Assembly (NCBI GenBank): GCA_020636375.1
Contig: JACJXZ010000011.1
Span: 258,115-322,114, forward strand
Source: Lewinellaceae bacterium
GTDB lineage: Bacteria; Bacteroidota; Bacteroidia; Chitinophagales; Saprospiraceae
DNA: 64,000 nt
Reading direction: 5' to 3'
Shown: positions 9,237 to 19,582 of the stretch, in pieces
Layout: each line of letters opens with the position of its first letter
Position numbering within the stretch: the first letter of the stretch is position 1
Made by a program: the position numbers and the translations under genes
Notes under the pieces: model-generated
What the model saw: the letters and a program-made list of their open reading frames with translations, nothing else
Database searches by the model: none
Told to the model about the DNA's origin: nothing

Positions 9237-12200
9237 CTAGTCTGCGCGCAATTCACTGGGCGGGAAGCCAAACTCCTCTTTGAACATCCTGCTGAAGTAC
9301 TGGGGGCTCGTAAATCCCACCTCATAGGCGATCTCGGAAACGTTGAGCCCGGAGTTCTGCAGCAGGGCCATGGCTTTTTGAAGGCGCACGGACCGGATAA
9401 ACTGTGAAGGGGTTTTGCCGGTAATGGCTTTCAACTTGCGGTACAACTGCGTGTCGCTCATGGCCAGTTTCTGGCTGAGGCCGGGGATGGTCAAACCGGT
9501 ATCGTTTAGCCGCTCCTCAATGGCGAGAATTAATTTTTGGAGGAACTCCTGTTCCCGATCAACTTCGCGGGGGGAATCGGCAGCGGGCGGTGGTATGGAC
9601 TGGCTGCTGGTATAGGTCTGGTATTTGGCCTGTAGCAGAGCTCTGAGTTCAAGCAGCTTTCGCAGGCGGACGAGCAGCTCTTTTTTCTCGAAGGGTTTGG
9701 TAAGATACGCATCTGCGCCAAGTTCCAACCCTTCGATTTTTGATGTCATATCGGCCTTAGCCGTCAGCATAATGATGGGGATATGGCTGGTACGCTCGTC
9801 TTGCTTGAGTTCGCCGCAGACCTGATAGCCATCCTTTTCCGGCATCATAACATCAGTAATGATCAGGTCCGGGATGTATTCAAGGGCCTGATCTATACCC
9901 GCCTGCCCATCGGAGGCAAACCTTAAATTATACTCTTGCTCCAATATAAGCCGGAGGTAATCGGCTACGCCCCCCGAATCTTCTATGATGAGAATTTCAG
10001 GCTGCCCCGTTTTTTCAGAGAGCGCATAGACAGGCTGCGCTTCGGCTTTGGCAACGGAGGCGGTTGTGTCGAACGATAGCGTGCCGGGAGGGGTAGCCTG
10101 GTCGTTGACGATTGGGAGAGACACCGTGAAGATACTGCCCTGGCCCAGTACGCTCTTTACCGTTATGCTGCCGCCGGCCATCTCGATCAGCTCCTTCGTC
10201 AGGGCCAGCCCGATGCCGGTACCTCCCTGCTCGCCGGTATGGTCTTCTACCTGGAAAAAGCGGTCAAAAATATGCGGAATGGCAGCTTCTGGTATGCCTT
10301 TGCCGGTATCCGAAACTTCGATGACCAGCATATCGCGGAACGTATTCACCTTCAATGCTACATTTCCGCCGGCAGGGGTGAATTTTATTGCATTAGATAG
10401 CAGGTTATAAAAGACATACTGCATCTTCTCTTCATCAAAATCCATGATTACCGCCGGAGAGGCGTACCGGGCATCCAGGGTGATGTTTTTATCCAAAGCC
10501 AGGGAGTAAAACGAATCGGCGAGGTATTTAATATAAGCAATAATGTTTCCCTTGGTTTTCCGCAGTTGGAGGTTGCCGGCATCCAGTTTGGAAAGGTCAA
10601 GCATTTGGTTGACGAGCCGCAGTAGGCTATCCGTATTGTGCCGGATCAAATCCCGCTCCTTCTCGAATCCCTGAATCTGTTTGTTCATCCCCTGTATCAC
10701 GGTAAGCGGGGTGCGGAACTCATGCGTGATGTTGTTATACAGCCTGGTTTTGAACTGGTCCAGCTCCCGCAGGCGCAAGGCTTCCCGTTGCTCTATTTGC
10801 CGCCTGAGCCAGAACCGGAAGGCCTGGTAGATGCCTCCCGCCAGCAGTAACCCGAACAGGATTCTCGCCAGCCAGGTTTGGTACCAGTAAGGCAATACCG
10901 TAACTTTTACATGGTATTCATTGAGCGGCAGGTGGTCGCGCATAAGCGCGGCCCGCATTTTCAAAGTGTACTTCCCCGGGGGCAGGTTCTCGTATTTCAC
11001 CAGGTTGTTATGGCGTTTGGGCTCATTCCAGTCTTTTTCGTAATTGTCCAGGTAATAAGCATAATAGTGGTCATCCGGGCTTCGGAGGTCGCCCAGTAAA
11101 AACTCCAGCGTGAAGTAGCGGTCACCGGGCTGGAGTACAATTTCCTTCATCGGGCCTACTCCCCTGTTTTGAGTCGTCAATTGGCCGGTACGGCCATCGT
11201 ATTTAGAAAACTGACTGATAAATACAGGCGCTTTGCCTTTTTCCGGATCCAGATATTGTTTAATGACTTCCTTTGGATAAAAGGCTACATTCTTACTCCT
11301 CCGATCTGTTCCACCAAAATACAGGCGGCCGTCCTGGGCTCGCAGATAGGAGGTGCGGTTGTATTCCACATCCATGACCAGGGGGTTGAGCGGAAAGTCC
11401 ATGAATAAGCCGGTTTGTTGGTCAAAACGAAACAGGCCATGGTTGGTGCTCAGCCAGAGAAAACGGTCCTCTTCCCCGGGCAGTATCCCGTAAATGATGT
11501 AGTAGTCCGGACGGTTGTCGTCGATGGTGAAATGCTGAATATCGGAAAAGCCGGGAGATATTTTGCTGATGCCGGAACTGTGCCCCAGCCACATGTTGCC
11601 TTGCCGGTCTTCGTAGAAGGAAGAGACGATATTGTTTTGAAGGGCCACCCGGCTTTCCGGCCTGATACTTAGGTGGTGGAGCAGCCTTCCCTCCCCGGAA
11701 AAAACAAATACGCCCTGCCCGAAAGTGCCCAGCCAGACGGTCTGGTCTGACGGGCGCAAGTACATGTCATTAAGGTCTACCAATGTTCCGGTTAAGGCGG
11801 GTATCGGAATCGACTTTATGAACGCCAGGCTCTGCAAATCGTAGATATTGATCTGATCGTCTCCCCACCCGGCAGTCCAAATTTGCGTGCCCACCAGCAG
11901 ATGGTTGGTAGTGCCCTCAGACCTGGTATTCCCCGAATAGGGAATGTTTTTGAAACGTTCAAACGCCCCAGTCTCCCAGTCCAGTGCTTTATGGTCAAAG
12001 TATAGCTTGCCTGCTTTATAAACCACAGAATACCAGTTGGGGAAAAACGGAACATCAAGCCATTCTACGGTATCCCTGCGGGGGTCATACCTGGAAATAC
12101 CGGTTTGGGGGCCGTACGTTTTTAAGCCATTCGCCCCGTAAATCCGGCCCTGTTCGTCTTCTGCGAAGCCTCTTATGGTAATCCGGGGGATGATGTGAAA

Positions 12201-13310
12201 GGCATCCGGCTGTTGTATCCATTTCCCGAGCCCCGATTGCATGGCCACAAAAAGCAGGCCGGCCCTGTCGACAAGTATATCCTGCACATACATGAAGTTG
12301 CTGGCCCTGGGGTTTTGGCCGAGGATGTACGCATTGATCCGAAGTTGTTGCCTGGTACGAAGATCTATCTGGATAAAACTTGTGCCTCCCGCAAGATAAA
12401 GGTGATGGCCAACTGAGCGGATCAAGTCAAAGCGGACCGGGCCCAGGTCGTCGTCTTTCTTGTAGGCAAGCTCTTCATTCGCAATCCTGCTGATCACTTG
12501 ATCGTAGGGCATTTGCAGAAAATCATGAACCGACCAATCCGCCAGATCAAGGTAGAACACGACCAAATCCCGGGAGGGAAGCTCCTCCCGATACCCCCAC
12601 AAGCGGTTTTGACGATCTACATCCAGGGTTTTATTGGTCATCAATACCAGCTGGGAAGCGGGCAGCCGGAGTTGGCGCTGCACCTGTCCGGAGGTGTCGA
12701 GCAAGGCCAGGCCTGCCGTATCTTTCACGATGCATCCGCCTTGAAATGGCTTTATAACCGGTTCCCCGTAGGTCAGCAGGGGGGGATGGGCCATCCGTTT
12801 CATGGAATCTGCTCCGGAGGAGCAGTAGAGCTGATAGCGCCGGCGCCCGGTATCCGGATCTTGGGATAATGGATGAATACCCCACAGTCGGCCTGTTGTT
12901 TCCTCCACTTCGATGTAGTCCAGGGCAGCCTGTTTTTGTCCCGGCAGGGCCACCGGGATGGAATCGGTTACCCGGTGCTGCAAAGGATCAAAAACGTGTA
13001 TCTGCCTGCCGGAGTTGAGGTATAATTTTCCCCGGGCGGCTTCAAAAACCTGTTGTTGGTCCGCGAAGGACAAATCCATGCCGATCTCTATCTGCTGGAT
13101 TTTGAGGCCATCAAAGAACTCCAGGCCTTTGCCGTAGTGCCCCAGCCATAGCCTGCCCAGGCTATCCTGGTAAAGATTGTGCACCGCCCCAAAGCTGGCC
13201 CGGGTCTCCTCATTGATCAGCTCAAAGGCGTAGTGGCTTTGCGCCGCTGCCGGGCAGGGCAGCCGATAAATGAAAACCACAATGAGCAGAAACTTGAGGC
13301 AGGCCTTCAA
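9237..13310 (-). CDS. Hybrid two-component system sensor histidine kinase / response regulator with a periplasmic beta-propeller, Y_Y_Y domain and AraC-type HTH output (Bacteroidetes HTCS).
   Basis: 1357 aa. It has a signal peptide, propeller repeats, a TM segment, HisKA 'ITHEFRTPLTVIQG', HATPase 'GTGIGLALTKELIEMAGG', a receiver 'ILIIEDSGG...ITDVMMPEKDGY' and a C-terminal AraC HTH '...SPQYFSRMFKEEFGFPPSE'. Confidence 0.85.
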   Translation of the reverse strand: MKACLKFLLIVVFIYRLPCPAAAQSHYAFELINEETRASFGAVHNLYQDSLGRLWLGHYGKGLEFFDGLKIQQIEIGMDLSFADQQQVFEAARGKLYLNSGRQIHVFDPLQHRVTDSIPVALPGQKQAALDYIEVEETTGRLWGIHPLSQDPDTGRRRYQLYCSSGADSMKRMAHPPLLTYGEPVIKPFQGGCIVKDTAGLALLDTSGQVQRQLRLPASQLVLMTNKTLDVDRQNRLWGYREELPSRDLVVFYLDLADWSVHDFLQMPYDQVISRIANEELAYKKDDDLGPVRFDLIRSVGHHLYLAGGTSFIQIDLRTRQQLRINAYILGQNPRASNFMYVQDILVDRAGLLFVAMQSGLGKWIQQPDAFHIIPRITIRGFAEDEQGRIYGANGLKTYGPQTGISRYDPRRDTVEWLDVPFFPNWYSVVYKAGKLYFDHKALDWETGAFERFKNIPYSGNTRSEGTTNHLLVGTQIWTAGWGDDQINIYDLQSLAFIKSIPIPALTGTLVDLNDMYLRPSDQTVWLGTFGQGVFVFSGEGRLLHHLSIRPESRVALQNNIVSSFYEDRQGNMWLGHSSGISKISPGFSDIQHFTIDDNRPDYYIIYGILPGEEDRFLWLSTNHGLFRFDQQTGLFMDFPLNPLVMDVEYNRTSYLRAQDGRLYFGGTDRRSKNVAFYPKEVIKQYLDPEKGKAPVFISQFSKYDGRTGQLTTQNRGVGPMKEIVLQPGDRYFTLEFLLGDLRSPDDHYYAYYLDNYEKDWNEPKRHNNLVKYENLPPGKYTLKMRAALMRDHLPLNEYHVKVTVLPYWYQTWLARILFGLLLAGGIYQAFRFWLRRQIEQREALRLRELDQFKTRLYNNITHEFRTPLTVIQGMNKQIQGFEKERDLIRHNTDSLLRLVNQMLDLSKLDAGNLQLRKTKGNIIAYIKYLADSFYSLALDKNITLDARYASPAVIMDFDEEKMQYVFYNLLSNAIKFTPAGGNVALKVNTFRDMLVIEVSDTGKGIPEAAIPHIFDRFFQVEDHTGEQGGTGIGLALTKELIEMAGGSITVKSVLGQGSIFTVSLPIVNDQATPPGTLSFDTTASVAKAEAQPVYALSEKTGQPEILIIEDSGGVADYLRLILEQEYNLRFASDGQAGIDQALEYIPDLIITDVMMPEKDGYQVCGELKQDERTSHIPIIMLTAKADMTSKIEGLELGADAYLTKPFEKKELLVRLRKLLELRALLQAKYQTYTSSQSIPPPAADSPREVDREQEFLQKLILAIEERLNDTGLTIPGLSQKLAMSDTQLYRKLKAITGKTPSQFIRSVRLQKAMALLQNSGLNVSEIAYEVGFTSPQYFSRMFKEEFGFPPSELRAD

Positions 13311-13436
13311 ATTGATACCGGATTAGAGCGTGTTCAGGAATTTGGAAGGGCTCTGTTTTTTATATTAACTCCAGCGTATATGGCGTACCGGTGCTTAACC
13401 GGCATGGAATATACGAATTGTTAGTGCCAGGCTTCT

Positions 13437-13856
13437 CTATTCATTTTGAATTTTAGCTAAATATTCTCTTGGTGTCAAAATTGACAATTCACTTTCTTTG
13501 TAATCTTTCGTATTCCTTGTAATTATTATTTCGTGTCCCGACTCCTCTGCGCAATAGTTTTGAACCCCATCTTCGAAATCCTTAAATCTTGAATTGGCCG
13601 CCTTGTCAATTATTGTCTGTCCAACATTCTCTACATTGACTATCCTTAGAATTTTCTTTGTTTGTGTATCTGCTTTACGCTGATTCTCCAGTTTCCCGAT
13701 TATATAGTTTATATTCGTAATGCTTATTGGTGAAACACAAAGTTTGACCTCTGATGATATTGATTCTTCAATTATTTCAGCGATATCATCCATAAAAGGT
13801 TCTCTATCAAGCAATAAGTCTAAAAGCACATCAGAGTCTAAAAATATTTTTTTCAT
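13437..13856 (-). CDS. PIN-domain toxin (VapC-like) of a type II toxin-antitoxin pair.
   Basis: 'MKKIFLDSDVLLDLL' carries the N-terminal acidic PIN motif. It is AT-rich relative to its surroundings and overlaps the upstream ORF by 4 bp (ATGA). Confidence 0.6.
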   Translation of the reverse strand: MKKIFLDSDVLLDLLLDREPFMDDIAEIIEESISSEVKLCVSPISITNINYIIGKLENQRKADTQTKKILRIVNVENVGQTIIDKAANSRFKDFEDGVQNYCAEESGHEIIITRNTKDYKESELSILTPREYLAKIQNE

Positions 13857-14110
13857 TTTCTTAAATATTTTTCTAATAATGCATCTTGAAGAATTTCCTT
13901 GTAAGAGGTAAAATCTGCAGGTAATTTGACTGAGCCTTTTAATTCTCTTACCAATTCCGTTGAGGTCTTTTTCTTCTTTGATTTCTCGGTTTTTGTCAGA
14001 GATTTCAGATATTCCTCAACTATGCTTGATAAGCTTTTGCCACTTGATTTAGCATATTCTTTTGCTTCATCAATGACCATTTGATTAATTGACAACGTTA
14101 ATTTACTCAT
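13853..14110 (-). CDS. Putative antitoxin (small DUF6364/VapB-like protein) partner of the PIN toxin.
   Basis: 85 aa, Lys-rich, with a 4 bp start/stop overlap with the PIN gene. It has the same low GC. Confidence 0.5.
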   Translation of the reverse strand: MSKLTLSINQMVIDEAKEYAKSSGKSLSSIVEEYLKSLTKTEKSKKKKTSTELVRELKGSVKLPADFTSYKEILQDALLEKYLRK

Positions 14111-14350
14111 ACGTATTCTTTTTTACGTACAAAGTAATGGGGTTTGTTGGATTTTGTCAAGTGAATCACGTTTTTTTTGCTCGGCACTAACTTTTGAATA
14201 AACGCCCGCCCACTTGCGTTGCCAGCCTGCAAATCACCCCTTAGCGCGAATCTGTATCCTGCTCCATCAAGTGAGTGGCGAAGCTATGCCGCGGCGTATG
14301 CAGTATGGACTTCGGGTTTATTCCTGTATATTGCACCCCAAACCAACAGC

Positions 14351-15109
14351 ATGTCCGTAGAAACCAAAGGCGAGCTGCAGGGCCTTCAGGAAGCCGCCCG
14401 GGCGGTAGCCATCACGCTGAGCAAAATGCGGGAACACGCCCGCCCCGGCATGTCGGCCCGGGAACTGGACGAGTACGGCTATGCCCTGCTGCGGTCGTTC
14501 GGCGCCAGCCCGGCACCGATGAAGGATTACAACTTTCCGGGATATACCTGCATCAGCGTCAACCACGAAGTGTGCCACGGCATTCCCGGCCCGCAGAAAA
14601 TCCTGCGCGAGGGCGACCTGGTCAACATCGACGTGTCTGCCGAACTGAACGGTTTTTACGGCGACAACGGCGGCTCCTTCATCCTCGGGCAGGACCGGCA
14701 AGGGCTGGCGCCGCTGGTGCAGGCGTCGCAAGAGATCCTCCACCTGGCCATCGGCCGCATCAGGAGCCGGGTGCGGATCGCCGACGTCGGCGGGTTCATC
14801 GAAACGGAAGCCCGGAAGCGCGGGTTCCGGGTGATCAAAAACCTCTGCGGGCACGGCATCGGCCGACGGCTGCACGAAAGCCCGGAAGAGATTCCCTGTT
14901 TCCGGGACCGGCTGAACCGGGGCCGCTTCCGGAAAAACTCGGTCATTGCCGTGGAGACCTTCATCTCCACCGGCGGGAGGTACGCCTATGAGACGGCCGA
15001 CGGCTGGACGATGCGGGCCGAGGGCGACAGCTTCGTCGCCCAGCACGAGCACACGATCATCGTGACGGACGGCGAGCCGGTAATCCTGACCGCCGATAAC
15101 GGAATTTAA
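14351..15109 (+). CDS. map: Type I methionine aminopeptidase.
   Basis: M24A fold motifs 'YNFPGYTCISVNHEVCHGIP', 'GDLVNIDV' and 'HEHTI'. The ATG is at 14351. Confidence 0.85.
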   Translation: MSVETKGELQGLQEAARAVAITLSKMREHARPGMSARELDEYGYALLRSFGASPAPMKDYNFPGYTCISVNHEVCHGIPGPQKILREGDLVNIDVSAELNGFYGDNGGSFILGQDRQGLAPLVQASQEILHLAIGRIRSRVRIADVGGFIETEARKRGFRVIKNLCGHGIGRRLHESPEEIPCFRDRLNRGRFRKNSVIAVETFISTGGRYAYETADGWTMRAEGDSFVAQHEHTIIVTDGEPVILTADNGI

Positions 15110-15138
15110 ACCTGCCGGCCAAAAACCATACATCATAA

Positions 15139-15627
15139 ATGAGAAGTTTTCTCCCGCTGCTGTTTTGCCTCGCCTTGCCTTTACTTTTAGCCGCCCAGCC
15201 TGAAAGCCCCCCCGAACTGTTTCACGTCCTGCGGGCCAAAGACAGCCTTCTGTTTGACATAGGGTTCAACACCTGCGACATCGGCCAGTTTCAGGCCCTG
15301 GTGAGCGAGGATCTGGAGTTTTACCACGACCAGTCCGGCATCACCGCATCGAAGGCCGATTTTATCGCCGGCACGGAGAACGGCCTGTGCAAGCTGCCCT
15401 ACAAGGCCCGGCGGGAACTGGTGCCCGGCAGCCTGCAGGTTTTTCCGATGAGCAACGACGGACAGCTGTACGGCGCCATCCAAACCGGGACGCACCGCTT
15501 TTACGCCAAATATCCGGACGAGGAGGAAGTGCTGACCTCAACGGCTAAATTCACCCACCTCTGGCTGCTGGAAGAAGGGGAGTGGAGGCTTTCGAGGGTG
15601 TTGAGTTATGACCATCGGGCGGATTGA
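15139..15627 (+). CDS. Secreted NTF2-like / DUF4440 (SnoaL-like) family protein.
   Basis: It has a signal peptide and the size and pattern of the nuclear transport factor 2-like superfamily. Confidence 0.45.
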   Translation: MRSFLPLLFCLALPLLLAAQPESPPELFHVLRAKDSLLFDIGFNTCDIGQFQALVSEDLEFYHDQSGITASKADFIAGTENGLCKLPYKARRELVPGSLQVFPMSNDGQLYGAIQTGTHRFYAKYPDEEEVLTSTAKFTHLWLLEEGEWRLSRVLSYDHRAD

Positions 15628-15839
15628 TGGACAGAGGGTAAGTTTATTTGAGGACAGGCGGGATGTGCAGTACGTGGAGATTCGGGGGTGCCTGGAGTGA
15701 CGAACCTCCGTAGGCATTTTTTGACATTGGACCGACCATCGTCCATTTTCTCTTTTTTGCCGTCGTTTTTTGCCGTATTTTAAGACAGCTTCGTTCAGCC
15801 GGATGAAGTTATTTTTTGCCACAATTAAAAGCGCGCTGT

Positions 15840-17735
15840 ATGAAAACGAAAAAAACGCTGCTCCTTGCAACCAGCCTGTTCTTTGCATTGTACGCCACTG
15901 CCCAGGTGTTCTGGACCGATATCAGGGCGGAAGCCATTTACCAGTCAACCGGCGGGACGGAAAATGCCGAAAAAATCTACACGGCTTTTGAACCGCAGGA
16001 TTTGTGCCTTGCCCCGGCACTTCAGAAAATTTACTGGACAGACTGGGGGAAAGGCGCTATCTACCGCTCCAACCTCGATGGGACGGGACGGGAAACGCTC
16101 CTTTTCGGCCTTTCTCTGCCAAACGGCATCGTCGTTGACGAAGCCGGCCAGGCTGTTTATTTCATTGTTTCCGACAAAATTCAAAAGATGGGGCTCGACG
16201 GCAGCAATGTCCAGGTAGTAATTTCCGGGCTGTCCCGGCCGCTGGACATTGACCTGGACCTGGAGGCGGGCAAGATTTACTGGAGCGACCGAATAGACAA
16301 CGCCATCTACAAAGCCGGCATGGACGGAAGCAATATGGAGGTTGTCCTTTCCGGCCTGGCAGGCCCTACGGATATTGAACTGGACGTGGCGGGGCAGAAG
16401 GTATACTGGCGGCAGTCCGATGGCCTGGCTATCGGCCGGTCTGAGCTGATGAGGGCAGGCTTTGACGGGCAGGGCGAGGAAAGGGTGGCTATTGGTTATT
16501 CTTTCGGCTTCTGCCTGGACCGCCTGAACCAAAAGATTTACTGGACGATATCCGAATCGGGCATCGAGCGGATTTACCGGGCCAACCTGGATGGGTCGGG
16601 CCAGGAAATACGCTTTTCCAACCTGTACTCGCCCCGGAAGATCGCCGTTGATCCCGGCGCCGAAACGGTGTACTGGACGGAGGATTTTACGCCCGAAGTC
16701 ATGTCCCGCGCCGGTTATGACGGCCAGGGGCGGGAAGTCCTGCTGTTCTATCAAATCACCCGGCCGACGAAGATATTCATAGACACGGCCAGCAATGAGG
16801 TATACTTGCTGAATGATTTTTATGTATTCTTGCCGAATCACGACCCGCTTTCCGCGATCGTCAGGGCGGAATTGTACGACGACAATTTTGAGGTGCTGCT
16901 CCAGTATCCGGCATTGGAGACTCCCCTTGATTTCGCCGTAGATGTGGCCAACGGGAAAATATACTGGACGGATGAAGGCCCCAACGAGGTCAGGAGGGCC
17001 AACCTGGATGGGAGCAATGTCGAGACCCTGGCCAGCCCTGCCTCCTGGCACGGGCGGGTCAACATCCTGGAACTGGACGTGCAGGCCGGCAAGCTGTATT
17101 GGGATGATCCTTTCGGGGATAAGCTATACAAAATGAACCTGGATGGAACCGGTTTGGAAGAAGCGGCCAGCCTGGAAGGGCTGGGCCTCTCCGATATGGT
17201 TCTCGGCACGGAGGAAGGAGAGCTTTACTGGGCATCCGGGACCGGCCTTATCCAGCGGGCTAACCTCCCGGATGGCGAGGTGCAAACTTTGTATACCACC
17301 ACCAGAATACCGAACGGCCTGGCCATCGACTTTCAGAACGGCCGGATGTACTGGGCAGAAAACTCGGGAAGCTGCTCGGATTGGGTCATGACGGCCAATA
17401 TTGACGGGACGGATTCCCGGGAGCTGATCGATTTTGGGACTTGCGGGCACCGGTCCGCCGGCATTTTCGTCAAGCCTTTCGTGCTTACCGCCACGGCGGA
17501 ACCCGACAAAGGCTCCTTCCGCCTTTTCCCCAACCCGGCGGGCAATTGGTTGGCCGTCGAAGGCCCGGAAACCGGGGCTGAACTAAGCATCTACGACCAA
17601 CTGGGGCGGCAGGTCATGGCCGCGAATCTGGCCGGCGGGCAGCAGCGGATTGATGTGTCCCGCCTGAATAACGGGATTTACTTTCTCGTCCTGAGAGGGG
17701 AAAAAATATTTACACAACGTTTCATAAAAAACTAA
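15840..17735 (+). CDS. YWTD (LDL-receptor class B) beta-propeller repeat protein with a T9SS C-terminal sorting domain.
   Basis: Repeated 'K(I/V)YW(T/S)D...(A/N)IY(R/K)...DG(S/T)' blades, a signal peptide, and the C-terminal 'FRLFPNPAGNWLAVEG...YFLVLRGEK'. Confidence 0.7.
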   Translation: MKTKKTLLLATSLFFALYATAQVFWTDIRAEAIYQSTGGTENAEKIYTAFEPQDLCLAPALQKIYWTDWGKGAIYRSNLDGTGRETLLFGLSLPNGIVVDEAGQAVYFIVSDKIQKMGLDGSNVQVVISGLSRPLDIDLDLEAGKIYWSDRIDNAIYKAGMDGSNMEVVLSGLAGPTDIELDVAGQKVYWRQSDGLAIGRSELMRAGFDGQGEERVAIGYSFGFCLDRLNQKIYWTISESGIERIYRANLDGSGQEIRFSNLYSPRKIAVDPGAETVYWTEDFTPEVMSRAGYDGQGREVLLFYQITRPTKIFIDTASNEVYLLNDFYVFLPNHDPLSAIVRAELYDDNFEVLLQYPALETPLDFAVDVANGKIYWTDEGPNEVRRANLDGSNVETLASPASWHGRVNILELDVQAGKLYWDDPFGDKLYKMNLDGTGLEEAASLEGLGLSDMVLGTEEGELYWASGTGLIQRANLPDGEVQTLYTTTRIPNGLAIDFQNGRMYWAENSGSCSDWVMTANIDGTDSRELIDFGTCGHRSAGIFVKPFVLTATAEPDKGSFRLFPNPAGNWLAVEGPETGAELSIYDQLGRQVMAANLAGGQQRIDVSRLNNGIYFLVLRGEKIFTQRFIKN

Positions 17736-17740
17736 AATCC

Positions 17741-18190
17741 ATGAAAACCACATTGCAAATAACCCTGTTGCTGCTGCTCCTCATCTGGAGTGCCTCTTGC
17801 CTGAACAACGAGGAAGGGGGGGATCTCGTGCTGGACCCCGATATCTTCCAGACCGAAGAACAAATCCTTGGCGCCCTGGCCGGGCGTTACCGGTGTGTTG
17901 CCGATTGTTGCGGCCAGGATTCTGTAGTGCTCAATGTCCTGTCGGTGAATATGTCAAAGGTGATTTTCGAACACAATCCGGATTTCTGCCTGGGGTGGCT
18001 TGCCACCACTTTCACCAACTGGCCGGCAGAGGAAGTGCTTGACCTGGGCGATGAGGATTTCACTATTCAATATATTTACTCCGTAGGTTATAATTATGGT
18101 TTCATCCTCAATTTGAAACCGAATCAGAAAGCCTTCGAAATCTTTTATGGCCTGGACGACAGTTGGGGGAGGTTTGAAAAGATAGAGTGA
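17741..18190 (+). CDS. Hypothetical lipoprotein.
   Basis: 'MKTTLQITLLLLLLIWSASC' is a lipobox-like signal. Confidence 0.4.
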   Translation: MKTTLQITLLLLLLIWSASCLNNEEGGDLVLDPDIFQTEEQILGALAGRYRCVADCCGQDSVVLNVLSVNMSKVIFEHNPDFCLGWLATTFTNWPAEEVLDLGDEDFTIQYIYSVGYNYGFILNLKPNQKAFEIFYGLDDSWGRFEKIE

Positions 18191-18216
18191 ATTGTACAGG
18201 AAAATAGCCTTAAACC

Positions 18217-18654
18217 ATGAAAACTGGCAAATCCCCCGCTGAATACCGCTTTGACGACAGCCGCAACCTCTTCAACGCCACTATTGTGGGCAATCTGTTG
18301 CTGGCTGTCTTCATGGCGGCGCCCAACCTGGCAGATTTCCCCTATAGCGGGCACGTGCAGACAAGCTTTTATACCGCTTGCCTGGCCTTCGCGCTACAGC
18401 GGCTCTATAACTGGGGATCGCAAAAGGCGAACGCCCTCATCCTGATCGTTTACCTGGCGGCCTGCGGGGCGGAGTACGCTATTTGGGGCCTGCCCGGCTC
18501 GCCTCTTTCCACCAAGGAGGACCCGTACATGGGCAAGGGCCTGTTCCTTGAGATTGTGCTGTGGTCGCTGCCGCTGATCTACATAGGATTGCGGGTATTG
18601 CTGGCCCTGCCTATCGTTTTGACCATGATCAGCCTCGTGCCGCGATCATCCTGA
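18217..18654 (+). CDS. Hypothetical integral membrane protein.
   Basis: Four predicted hydrophobic helices. No known motif. Confidence 0.4.
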   Translation: MKTGKSPAEYRFDDSRNLFNATIVGNLLLAVFMAAPNLADFPYSGHVQTSFYTACLAFALQRLYNWGSQKANALILIVYLAACGAEYAIWGLPGSPLSTKEDPYMGKGLFLEIVLWSLPLIYIGLRVLLALPIVLTMISLVPRSS

Positions 18655-18825
18655 TCGCCCGGCCGCTATAGCTTCAGGAGCTTTTTGTTCCTGAAGCCAT
18701 AGTAGTTATTCGGTTATTATTTAATTTACCCTGGTTGCAAGACAAGCCTTTGGGGGCCAGCCGTGAACCCATTGTATTTTGCCGGTTGGCCTTTGTTCAT
18801 CCCAAAACTCTTAACAACCCACGAC

Positions 18826-19512
18826 ATGAAAAAAATACTGCCCCTGCTCATTCTGGCCGTACTTTCCCACTACCTCCCCGCCCAAACCGCCCTGTCCTTT
18901 TACGCCGGGCCCAACCAGATCCAAATAGTATCCAAGTACGGCGACAACTACCCTTACGCCGAAACAAAGCTGGATGCCCCGGCCGGCTACGGAGCGGTTT
19001 TTATCCTACAACCCGAAGCCGATGAGGTGCTGAAGCCTGGCCTCGAAGTGGGGTATACGAGCAATACCGGGCGCCTGCATGTCTATTCCGGCGGGAAAGG
19101 CAGCAGCAGTTCCTGGTCCGGAGACTTCCATTTCCGGTATTTGCTGTTGGGCTTCCATCCCGAATTGACAGCACGGGCCGGCCGGCTTGAACTGGGGCTC
19201 GGGTTGGGATTCCGGCTGCGGTTGTTGCTGGCCAACGAACGGGTAGAAGTGAGGGGCTTGAATTCTGACCTCATCAATGGTTCGGAAAACATCGAAGAAA
19301 GTGGTCGCGCCGGCGATTATCTGAATGACAACATAACGGGCTGGATGGTTTTCCTGTCCGCCCGGTGGAGGATAAACGGCAACTGGGCCGCCGGGCTGAG
19401 GGCCACCTACGACCGGGGCAGCGAACCGGGCAAAGGCGGCTTCGCTACCGGCAATACCTTCCGGGATGCCTTTCTGGGCGGCGGGATCACTTACCGCTTC
19501 AATAAAAAATAG
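18826..19512 (+). CDS. Outer-membrane beta-barrel (porin-like) family protein.
   Basis: It has a signal peptide 'MKKILPLLILAVLSHYLPAQ' and an alternating amphipathic pattern, and it ends '...GGGITYRFNKK'. Confidence 0.45.
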   Translation: MKKILPLLILAVLSHYLPAQTALSFYAGPNQIQIVSKYGDNYPYAETKLDAPAGYGAVFILQPEADEVLKPGLEVGYTSNTGRLHVYSGGKGSSSSWSGDFHFRYLLLGFHPELTARAGRLELGLGLGFRLRLLLANERVEVRGLNSDLINGSENIEESGRAGDYLNDNITGWMVFLSARWRINGNWAAGLRATYDRGSEPGKGGFATGNTFRDAFLGGGITYRFNKK

Positions 19513-19582
19513 GCGGACAGGAATTAAAAAGCGGTTTTCCCGGTTTTCAGGGCATTGCTTATTTTTTACCACACCAGGAACG

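Noticed and set aside
14275-14991. ORF 14275..14991 (+) overlapping map in another frame.
   Set aside because: The map frame has full M24 motifs, and this one is a frame-shifted shadow.
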